In this document: one piece after another, positions 27,994-37,993 of the stretch
Layout: each line of letters opens with the position of its first letter
Position numbering within the stretch: position 1 is the stretch's first letter
From: Acidobacteriota bacterium
GTDB lineage: Bacteria; Acidobacteriota; UBA6911; RPQK01; JAJDTT01
Assembly: GCA_965222655.1 (NCBI GenBank)
Contig: CBDCUP010000010.1
Location: 372,848 to 436,847 of the forward strand
Reading direction: 5' to 3'
DNA: 64,000 nt
The notes under the pieces: model-generated
Seen by the model: only the letters and a program-made list of their open reading frames with translations
What the model was told of the DNA's origin: nothing
Database searches by the model: none
Translations under genes and position numbers: made by a program

Positions 27994-29871
27994 GCGTGCC
28001 GGGCACGCGCGCTGTCTGGGAGGGTGCAAGTCCCTCCGCCAACCTGATGGAGGTGAAGGCTAGCGAAGCACAAGGGCGTCACCGCGAGGTGGGGTCTGAA
28101 GGAAGTGTGGAGCAAACGTACGAGCCGACGCACAGAAACTGGATAAGTAGGCGCCAAGGTCGGACGAGTCAGCGCGTGGTGACGAAGTCCATATCCATCA
28201 AGATCCGGAAGCGTAAATCCAGCGGTTGTGTACGGAAAGACAGCGTCCTTACCCCGGGAGGCCTGGGAGGCTGTCCCTTGAAGGACAGGTGGAATCGTAA
28301 GGTTTCATAGCGCCCTCCAGGAGTCCGCAGAGGGCATAGTAGGTGGGGAAACTCACGGAAGGCCCGAACGGTAGGGAGAGGTTAGTAGGTGTCCAATCTT
28401 AAGGGTGATCAACAGAGGCAGAGAAGTCCGAAGCGGACCTCAAACCGAACAGCTGGGGTGCGGCCCCAGGGAAGCGGGGAGACGGCGGATTCATCCTTAG
28501 CGAAAGGGCGAACCGAAGGCCCGATGTTTGGTGAGAACGTCATGGAGGAGATATGCGAGCGAAGTAATCTGGAAGCGGCGTTGAGACGAGTGCGAGCGAA
28601 CCGAGGGGGTCCGGGAGTGGACGGGATGACCGTCGATGAACTGCCGGAGTACCTGAAGGCGAACTGGCGGTCGATCAAAGAACAGCTGCTGTGCGGGGAG
28701 TATCAACCGCGACCTGTCAAGGGGGTGGAGATTCCGAAACCGGGAAGGAAAGACAAGCGAAGACTCGGGATTCCGTGTGTGATCGATCGATTTATCGAGC
28801 AAGCGATGCTGCAAGTGCTGCAACGCAAGTGGGATCGCACGTTCTCAGAGTCCAGCTATGGCTATCGACCGGGGCGCAGGGCTCATCAGGCAGTGGCGCG
28901 TGCCCAAGACTACGTGAAAGCGGGCTACGGGACCGTGGTCGATCTCGATTTAGAAAAGTTTTTCGATCGAGTTCACCACGATCGTTTGCTGAGCCGGCTG
29001 GCGCGGGAGATTGGGGACAAGCGGGTACTGAAGTTGATCCGAGCGTATCTAAGCGCGGGGATTCTGCGGTACGGACTGGTGAGTGCGCCGACGGAAGGGA
29101 CGCCGCAAGGCAGCCCCCTGTCCCCCTTTCTCTCGAACGTGGTTCTGGATGAGCTGGACGAGGAACTGGAGCGCCGGGGTCCCCGTTTTGTCCGCTATGC
29201 CGATGACTGCAACATTTATGTGCGGAGTCGGCGGGCGGGGGAGCGAGTGATGGCGAGTGTGAGCCGGTTTGTGAGCCAGCGACTGAAACTGCGTGTCAAT
29301 CGGGAGAAGAGTGCGGTGGATGAGCCCCAGAAGCGGAAGTTCTTAGGCTTCACGTTCACGGGAGGCCGATCGCCCAACCGGCGCAAGATTGCGCCGGAAT
29401 CGATCCAGCGGTTTCGATCCCGGGTGCGTCGTTTAACGCGGCGTAACCGGGGGATCAGCCTGGAGCAGCGTGTGGACGAATTGTCCCGCTACCTCCGGGG
29501 CTGGATTGGATACTTTGGGTACGTCGAGAGCCCCTGGGTCCTGCGGGGTCTGGACAGCTGGATTCGTCGTCGCCTGCGCAGCGTCCAATGGAAACAGTGG
29601 AAGGTCTACCGGCGACGCCAGGCGGAGTTGATCCGGCTGGGCGTGAGTCGGGATATGGCCCAGCGGACCGCGTGGAGCGTCAAGGGCCCTTGGGCCCTCA
29701 GTCAAGCGCCCGGGGTCCGGATAGCGCTTCCGAATGCTTATTTCGATCGGTTAGGTCTTCCTCGGTTGGCTAATCATCAGCGCATTCAACCCTAGCGAAC
29801 CGCCTTGGTACGGACCCGTATGCCTGGTGGTGTGGGAGGGGAAGGCCCGTGAGGGCTTCCCCTATCCCGAG
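27994..29871 (+). mobile_element. Group II intron, class C (IIC)-like, 1878 nt
   Basis: DI motifs gggtgcaagtccc and gcgaggtggggtctgaaggaag; DV gaacCGCcttggtacggacccgtatgcctggtggtgt; DVI with bulged A at 29864; boundaries fixed by exon reconstitution. Confidence 0.92.
28389..29795 (+). CDS. ltrA: Group II intron reverse transcriptase/maturase (no endonuclease domain)
   Basis: GGPGVDG, RRLGIPCVIDR, SYGYRPGR, DLDLEKFFD, GTPQGSPLSP, RYADD; C-terminal maturase X domain. Confidence 0.95.
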   Translation: MSNLKGDQQRQRSPKRTSNRTAGVRPQGSGETADSSLAKGRTEGPMFGENVMEEICERSNLEAALRRVRANRGGPGVDGMTVDELPEYLKANWRSIKEQLLCGEYQPRPVKGVEIPKPGRKDKRRLGIPCVIDRFIEQAMLQVLQRKWDRTFSESSYGYRPGRRAHQAVARAQDYVKAGYGTVVDLDLEKFFDRVHHDRLLSRLAREIGDKRVLKLIRAYLSAGILRYGLVSAPTEGTPQGSPLSPFLSNVVLDELDEELERRGPRFVRYADDCNIYVRSRRAGERVMASVSRFVSQRLKLRVNREKSAVDEPQKRKFLGFTFTGGRSPNRRKIAPESIQRFRSRVRRLTRRNRGISLEQRVDELSRYLRGWIGYFGYVESPWVLRGLDSWIRRRLRSVQWKQWKVYRRRQAELIRLGVSRDMAQRTAWSVKGPWALSQAPGVRIALPNAYFDRLGLPRLANHQRIQP

Positions 29872-30164
29872 TTCGCGCCAGACCGCTGAAGCGACCTCCC
29901 TGAACGGGACACATCCACCCAAGGTCAGCGTTCCTCGGCGGTATGAGGTCGGTCGTGAGGCACCAAATCCAAGACTGGCCGCCCTATTCGGGTTTTCAGA
30001 ATCCACTTTCGAAAAGTGGCCCTCCTGATGCCATGCCCCCCAAGGGCAACATCTCGGAGAGCTGGCTTGAGAGGATTCACCTGGATGTATATCGGCCAAA
30101 CCGGAAAAGTGAAATCAAAGTTTGATCGTCCGACAAAGGGAACAGTACGCGGTTATATAGTACG

Positions 30165-30426
30165 GATTTTCCTGTTTGACGGGGAGAAGGTGATGGTGGT
30201 CTCTATCCAAACGGAGCCAACCCTTGAAGCGGAAGCCCCAAGACTACTGTTTGTCTATCCAGAGGGTTCCTCGAGGGGTGTTTTCGAGGGTTATCTGCCC
30301 TTGTCCTACAACATCGCACCGGACGACCAACGGTTTTTGTTCATCCAGCAGGGGTGGCCGACCCAAATCAACGTCGTTCTCAACTGGTTCGAAGAGCTCA
30401 AGCGGCTGGCGCCGACGGGCAACTGA
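30165..30426 (+). pseudogene. Orphan C-terminal fragment of a Ser/Thr kinase-PD40/TolB-like protein
   Basis: KVMVVSIQTEPT...PRLLF...YNIAPDDQRFLFI...INVVLNWFEELKRL resembles the terminus of acidobacterial kinase-PD40 proteins; no N-terminal part present. Confidence 0.6.
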
Positions 30427-30501
30427 GGCCGACCCTCGGCTCCAAGCCGAGGGGTTCGGAGGATGTGGAATCGAATTCGACCCATCCCGCTGACCTTCGG
30501 C

Positions 30502-30577
30502 GTAGCGGCGGGCTCCAGGCCGCCGTCAGTCGAGCTAGGCTCGACCCGAAAGACTTCGGCCTGGAGGCCAAAGCTAC
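30502..30577. repeat. GTAG-type REP doublet
   Basis: GTAGcggcgggctccaggccg ... cggcctggaggccaaagCTAC with inner hairpin gtcgagc-tag-gctcgac. Confidence 0.6.
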
Positions 30578-30583
30578 GTCAGA

Positions 30584-30810
30584 GACCGACTCTGTTCGAA
30601 TGTGCGGCGATCCAGGATGTTCTGGTCGTCGGGAAGGCGCTGAATGAGCGAGAGACCGGTGAGCGGAAAGTCGAACTGGATCGGATGGCCGCTATGCTGA
30701 GTCGAGTGGGCGGAAGAGGAGACTACATCGAGGAAGCTCCACTGATTTATGGACGTTCGGATGTCGATACCGATAGCGATTTCGATACCGATTTCGATAG
30801 GAGACAGTAG
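30584..30810 (+). pseudogene. C-terminal fragment of a four-helix-bundle (IVS-like) protein
   Basis: ECAAIQDVLVVGKAL...KVELDRMAAMLSRVGGRG...YG..D.DTDSDFDTD; lacks its own N-terminus. Confidence 0.55.
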
Positions 30811-30880
30811 AGCCACCGCTAAACAAAAGTTAGCGGGTCCACGTCATCCAAATCGGTATCGGTATCGGTATCGCTATCGA
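30764..30880. repeat. Inverted hexamer tracts (cgatac)n / (atcggt)n
   Basis: tcgataccgatagcgatttcgataccgatttcgat at 30764-30798 and atcggtatcggtatcggtatcgctatcga at 30852-30880. Confidence 0.8.
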
Positions 30881-31370
30881 ACCGCCATGGGTTTAGGACA
30901 CGGCAAGCCTTGGACGTCCCTAGCTGTCGCGGGCACGCATCTCTGTGACTATCGTTGACTTTGACTACTAATGGTATGGTCTAAATAGCGTTAATTCAAC
31001 CAAACCCAATATTCCTCACCTTCCGTACTATTCGGAAGATAAGTTGGTATTTTTCCTTTCTCGATGAATTCATCACGCCACTTGGGGGGGAGCAACGCGA
31101 CCTGAGCCACATGGATGTATATAGCCCAAGCCGGAAACTAGTCGGCGATGGTAAGCGCCGAGTGGAACAGTGTTCTTGCAGCGAATCTTCTCCCGACTGA
31201 TCGCAATAAGCCGATTGCAATAAGCCGAGTAGCCTCGTCAAAATTCTGTCGAGACCGCCACAGGCTGTGACAACCCAAGCCTCAGGAACCGTCCAAACCG
31301 GACACCTGTAGCTGTTTTTATCGGGCTAATCGCCTCATCCCGCACCGGAAACCCGGTCAAGACCGTCATT

Positions 31371-31386
31371 TGGCACGCCGCTTGCT
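31371..31386 (+). promoter_or_regulatory. sigma54 (-24/-12) promoter at the head of the glycosylation island
   Basis: TGGCAC-GCCGC-TTGCT, exact consensus, 25 nt upstream of the ATG at 31412. Confidence 0.72.
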
Positions 31387-31411
31387 ACGCCAGGGTTCAG
31401 CAAAGGTCACG

Positions 31412-31816
31412 ATGAAAAAAAAGAACCTGATGCGACAAGCCCTCTATGAAACCTACTTATGCGGTCATGATCTGAAAAGAGTCTGCGCCAACATTCAGGA
31501 GCAGATCCAGCAGGGCGAGGAGAGCAAGGTCCTCGCAAACATGAAGGAGTTCCTGGACGGAGTGGGCTGCATCTCGCAGGCCCTGCACATGACCGAGGCA
31601 GTCCACCAGGACTACCAAATCAGCTTTGATCTGCATGACTTGCAGCGGGTATTGAATCCGCTGGTCGAGGCTCTGGAGAGCCGCGACTTCGGATCAATCG
31701 ATGAGATTCTCAGCTACGACTTCCTACCGCTTTTGGACGGTTGGTCGGCTCAGCTGGCTCAAATCGAGCCGACAGGGGCGCTCAGCGATGCCGGGACGGG
31801 CAACCTGTCGTCATGA
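31412..31816 (+). CDS. Hypothetical helical protein coupled to maf
   Basis: 134 aa; ends with ALESRDFGSIDEILSYDFLP; ATGA overlap with the maf start. Confidence 0.7.
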   Translation: MKKKNLMRQALYETYLCGHDLKRVCANIQEQIQQGEESKVLANMKEFLDGVGCISQALHMTEAVHQDYQISFDLHDLQRVLNPLVEALESRDFGSIDEILSYDFLPLLDGWSAQLAQIEPTGALSDAGTGNLSS

Positions 31817-32161
31817 TCCAGATCGAACATGATCAGGCCAGGAATGGCCAACCGATCCTTCGCGCAGTTGACCCGGACGGCCGAAAGGTCCTGCTTCACA
31901 GCCGCTACGATCCGGAGCGGGAAGCCCAGCAGTGGTGTGACCAACTCGAGTGTAAAGAGCGCGATGTCATCCTTTTGTACGGACTTGGGCTCGGGTACCA
32001 CGTCAAGCCACTCTTATCGAGGCAGAACAGACCCATCTTCGCCGTCGAGCCCAATTCAGAGGTGATCGACATAAGCAGGAAGCTGAATCCATCCTTCTTC
32101 GATGGCGGTGATGTCCAGGTGGTGACCGACTGGGAAGAGTTCAAGTCTGCCTCCTCCCAGA

Positions 32162-33902
32162 GGCAGCGCAACAATTTTTCTGTAATTTCAGGGTCGGTTG
32201 TGGGACAGGATCCTCCTCTCTTGGCTCTCGGGTGCAGAAAGCAGTGGCCCGTGAGCCGCTCGCTGTGAATCTCTCTAAGGCAACCAGCAGATCTATCAAA
32301 ATGAGAGGCCGGAGCAGCTTGCACTACTCGCAGAGAGCGATTCAGCGCCCCCACCTCCTTCTCCAAGAAAAGAGGCCCTGTCAGAAGCCCTCAGAGCCAC
32401 GATCGCGGGCTGCCCCTTACCGAGAACCCTCGCTGATCTGAGGGTCTCGGGTTTAGGGAAACGCTCTTCTAGGATGCCTCCTCTTCTTGCCAGCTCTCCA
32501 GGTTCAGATAGCAGCGGCCCGTGAGCCACTCGTCGTGAATCTCCGCCAGCACGGCTGAGATCAGTCGCAACGCCGAGTCGATATGGGGGAAGATTCCCAC
32601 CACTCGAGTGCGGCGCCGGATCTGTTTGTTGAGATTCTCCACGCCGTTAATCGTCCGGATCTTCTTGTGCAGACTGCGGGGGAAGGCGTAGACCGTCAAC
32701 CCCTCGCGCACGTTGTCTTCCATCCACTGGGCCAGTGCCTGGTTGGTTTCGGTGAACGCCTTGATCTTGCGTTTGAGCATGGCTTCGGCATCCTCGAGGG
32801 TGGGGCTGTTGAAGATGTCCCGCATCGCTTGGCCGATCTGGCCCCGCTCTTGGAGCCGACGGGCAAAGCGCTGAGCATTCTGGCTCAGATGAAACTGGCA
32901 GCGCTGCCAGGGAACCGCGGGAAACACCGCTCGTCGAGCGGCCTTCAGTCCCGCGTGGTCGTCACTGACGACGAGCTCCATTCCCTTGAGTCCCCGCCCG
33001 GCCAGATCCTCAAAAAACGCTCTCCAGTGGACCTCCGCCTCGCTCAGCCGGGCGCTCAGACCCAAGACCTCACGGTGACCGGAAGCCTGCACACCGACTG
33101 CCTTGAGGATGGCCAGGTCCTGAACTCGTCCATCGACACGGACTTTCTCGTAATGGGCGTCCAGGTAGACGAAGGGATACTCACCGCTCAGCGGCCGGCT
33201 ACGGAACTTCTCCAGCTCCTCATCCAGCAGGGAGGCGACCCGTGAGACCTGGCTGGCGGAGATCTCCGTGCCACACAGCTGCTCGGTGATTTCCGTGACC
33301 TTGCGCGTGGAGACGCCCATGACATACATCTCGGCAATGGCCAACTTCAGCGCCTTTTCCGAGCGGCAGCCCTTCTCCAGCGATTGAGGGTAGAACGACA
33401 GCCCTCGCACCTGAGGGATCTTCAGTCGGAGCTCTCCCACACGCGTGGCGATCTTCTTGTCCTTGTAACCGTTGGCGTGGCCCCGTCGCTGGCTCGTTCT
33501 CTCGTAGGGCTCGGCTCCCAGAAACTCCGACCGTTCCAATCCCATGGCCAAGTTCAAGAGCTTCTCCAACACCTTGCGAAAGGTCTCCGTTCCTTCTTGG
33601 ATCAACGCCTCTAGGATCTCTCGTGGTACTCTGTCTTCCAGGTCTGGGGCCATTGGATTCTCCTTTCATTTTGGATGAATGATTTAGAGAATCTTGTCCC
33701 AGACCTCTGACGGCTCAACCCTTCGGCTGACGGCCTTTGGCCCCCTTCCGGGGGGGCCCGGCGCGCAGCGCCGCACGGCTCAGGCTGCACTCGGCCTACA
33801 GCCTCCTTCCGCCTGAGCCGCGCCAGGTTCCTCGTCAACCCAATCCTCGGTATCCCGAGAAATTCCCTCTTAACGGGAAATTACAGAAAGAACGGTACAC
33901 TC
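32162..33902 (-). mobile_element. IS256-family insertion sequence
   Basis: Junction direct repeat ctcctcccaga (32151-32161 / 33900-33910; 8-bp TSD reading ctcccaga); imperfect TIRs share tttctgtaatttc. Confidence 0.9.
32469..33653 (-). CDS. IS256-family (Mutator) transposase
   Basis: RRGHANGY, GVSTRKV, YPFVYLDAHYEKVR, VVSDDHAGL, WQRCQFH, IRTINGVENLNKQIRRRTRV. Confidence 0.93.
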   Translation of the reverse strand: MAPDLEDRVPREILEALIQEGTETFRKVLEKLLNLAMGLERSEFLGAEPYERTSQRRGHANGYKDKKIATRVGELRLKIPQVRGLSFYPQSLEKGCRSEKALKLAIAEMYVMGVSTRKVTEITEQLCGTEISASQVSRVASLLDEELEKFRSRPLSGEYPFVYLDAHYEKVRVDGRVQDLAILKAVGVQASGHREVLGLSARLSEAEVHWRAFFEDLAGRGLKGMELVVSDDHAGLKAARRAVFPAVPWQRCQFHLSQNAQRFARRLQERGQIGQAMRDIFNSPTLEDAEAMLKRKIKAFTETNQALAQWMEDNVREGLTVYAFPRSLHKKIRTINGVENLNKQIRRRTRVVGIFPHIDSALRLISAVLAEIHDEWLTGRCYLNLESWQEEEAS

Positions 33903-35337
33903 CTCCCAGAGCGCAAGTCCTTGGCAAAACATATTCTTCGCCAAGATACCCAGCTATCCAAAACTCTACCAGAGCCACTACCGTACCTTCACCGAAAAAC
34001 TGAAGCGCGAACTGCTGCGAGTTCAGGCAGACCGCACGACGGCGATCATCCACAGCAAGGCCTGGCAGACGAACTTCCTCAAGAATATCCGCTATCTGGA
34101 AGAGAGCGTTCCGGTGGCGACGACTTTCAATGAATTCGTCAAGCAGCCGGTGATCATCGTGTCAGGGGGTCCGTCCCTGACAAAGAACATGCACCTGCTC
34201 AAGGAAGCCAAGGGCAAGGCCCTGATTCTAGCCGTAGGGGCGGTAGTCAAGCTCTTGATCGAAAACAACATTCGTCCGGATCTGATCGTCTCCTTTGACG
34301 GAAACCTGGATAACTATCGACATTTTGAGGGCGTAGAACTTCCGGATGTCACACTGATCTACGATCCCATCATCCACTACAAGGTGGTCGAAGAGCACGC
34401 CGGGCCAAAGTCGATCATGCTCGTCCACGAGAACTGGCTGGAAGATGTCCTGGGAGAAACCATAGGAAAACTGATGCCGGGGCCATCGATCGCCAATACT
34501 GCTTTCGACTTCGCCTACCGGCTGGGTGCTGACCCCATCATCTTTATTGGGCAGGACCTCTCCTACGAAGACAGCTATCACGCTGAAGGTATCGGGACCG
34601 TTACCGACAATCGCGAACTCACTGAGTCAGTCCCAGGTCAGGACGGCAATCCCGTCCGCACCAGTAAGCCTCTGCTGACATTCCTGCACTGGTTCGAGGA
34701 ACGCTTCAGGACTCTGAAGGGCGAGCGAACCATCATCAACGCAACGGAAGGGGGCGCCAACATCAGGGGAACCCAGAATCTTCCACTCCTTGAGGCCCTG
34801 AAGACCTACTGTAATCGAGACCTGACTGAACCCATCAGCCGGCTCAACCAGATCCTGTCACAGACCCCCTCCTACGATATGCTGTCGTTCAGGCGCGCTT
34901 TGGCGACCGCCTACCGAAAATCCCAGGCACTCAGCGAAATGTGTAGCACTGGCGCGCGTCTTTCCCAGAAGCTGATCGATCACTTCTCAGGTCGGCAAAC
35001 GTGCGACGTGCCAAAGATCCTGAAAAAGCTGAATAGGCTGGATCGAAAGCTACAGGCATCTAAATCCGACCTTCGTCCCCTGGTCTACATTCTCTACCCC
35101 ATCATCCAGATTTCCGAGAGTACCCAGATCAATCCGGACCAGAGACAGCTGGAATCGGCTCGGCATTTCTACTTCCTATACTGGCAACTATCCCGTGCGT
35201 TCAGATACGTCAATCCTCTGCTCAAGGAGATCCTTGAGCACCACAAACCAACGTCGGCAACCGCCCAGAAGTCGCCCACAATCCACTGATGAAAGCGCAA
35301 GCCGTTTCTAACCCGCATTTTCGGAGCAGGGTTTTGA

Positions 35338-36679
<1,342 letters not shown>

Positions 36680-37993
36680 GCCTGTCCGCCAAACGGTTCT
36701 CCCCTACGGGACACACAGCATCGACGAGAGCGACATAGAGTCGGTCGTAGAGGTCCTTCGGTCAGGCTGGCTGACCACCGGACCCAAGGTTAGCGAATTC
36801 GAGCAGACCTTTGCCGAGTTTGTTCATGCGCCGCACGCCCTCAGTGTCAGCAGTGGGACCGCCGGCCTGCACGCCGCGATGTACGCCTTGGAAATCGGCC
36901 CCGGAGATGAAGTCATCGTTCCGGCGCTGACCTTTGCTGCTACCGCAAATGCTGTCGTCTACCAGGGGGGAACGCCGGTCTTCACCGATGTCGACCCCAG
37001 GACCCTGCTCCTGGATCCGCTTCAAGTCGAGAGGAACCTGACGTCGAGAACCAAGGCGATTGTGGGAGTGGACTATGCGGGCCAACCTTGCGACTACAGT
37101 GCCTTGCAGGATCTGGCCGAGCGTGAGGGTCTAGGTCTGGTTGCCGATGCCTGTCATTCATTGGGAGCTCGAGACCTCGGTCGACCAGTGGGAAGCCTCA
37201 GTCACCTCTCTGTCTTCAGTATGCACCCCGTCAAATCCATCACCTCAGCCGAGGGCGGAGTGGTCAGCACCTTCGACCCCGCCCTGGCCAACCGAATCAG
37301 GCTGTTTCGAAACCATGGGCTCAGCAAGGATCATCGTCAGCGGAACGAAGAAGGCTCCTGGTTCTACGAGATCAGTGACCTGGGCTACAACTATCGATTG
37401 AGCGACCTTCAGTGTGCCCTGGCGAAGAGTCAGCTTCGCAAACTACCCTCCTGGTTGGAACGAAGGAGATCCATTGCAAAGCTCTACGACTCGGCCCTGG
37501 CAGGTTGCGGCCAGGTTGTGCCCGTTCAGACCAGAGCCGGCGTCTCGCATGCACGCCATCTCTACGTAATCAGGCTGAGACTCGACCGTCTGAAAGTAGA
37601 CAGAACGGAGATATTCAAAGCTCTCCAGCACGAAGGAATCGGGGTCAACGTTCACTATATTCCGGTGCATTTGCATCCCTTCTACCGTCGTGTGTTGCGC
37701 ACTGGATCCGGACTCTGTCCAGTCGCCGAAACCGCCTACCAGGAGATCCTTTCCCTCCCGATCTTTCCGGCGATGACAGACCAGGATGTCGACGACGTAA
37801 TCCAGGCCCTCTTCAAGGTACTGAACGCCTATTCTCGGGACCGTTTCCAGCAGCTGAGTAAGAGCTTCGGGAGGGGCGACTCGAATCCTTCCCGCCCCTT
37901 CTCTCGGGATACGAGCAGGGCGGAGCGGATCCGAATAGGGTCCTAGCAGCCTGTCGGACTTAACTTACAGGCGTTTCTGAAATTTAAGTTTAA

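Larger units (their letters stand above)
27769..29893. repeat. REPIN-like inverted-repeat element whose right arm is split by the group II intron
   Basis: Left arm 27773-27810 (38 nt) is the exact reverse complement of 27978-27993 joined to 29872-29893; internal palindromes ggctttagcc and agcccgctaaagcgggct. Confidence 0.8.
31813..35289 (+). pseudogene. maf: Motility associated factor (Maf/MAF_flag10) flagellin glycosyltransferase, interrupted by IS256
   Basis: Joining 31813-32161 to 33911-35289 gives one 575-aa ORF: LHSRYDPEREA, LYGLGLGYH, IIVSGGPSL, PDLIVSFD, GPSIANTAF, GADPIIFIGQDLSY, INATEGGA. Confidence 0.88.

Noticed and set aside
28389-29795. Retron, DGR or defence reverse transcriptase
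   Set aside because: It sits within a full group II ribozyme (DI, DV, DVI) and has a maturase domain; no TR/VR pair or msr-msd is visible.
30764-30880. CRISPR array
   Set aside because: Hexamer microsatellite tracts with no unique spacers; the fliN repeat and REP doublets also lack repeat-spacer structure; no cas genes.
33720-33830. GC-rich hairpins upstream of the IS256 transposase
   Set aside because: They lie inside the IS end; treated as part of the element, not a separate feature.
37868-37902. tRNA-like ggattcgagtc motif on the minus strand near the pseC end
   Set aside because: No acceptor, D or anticodon arms; only a short hairpin inside the pseC C-terminal extension.
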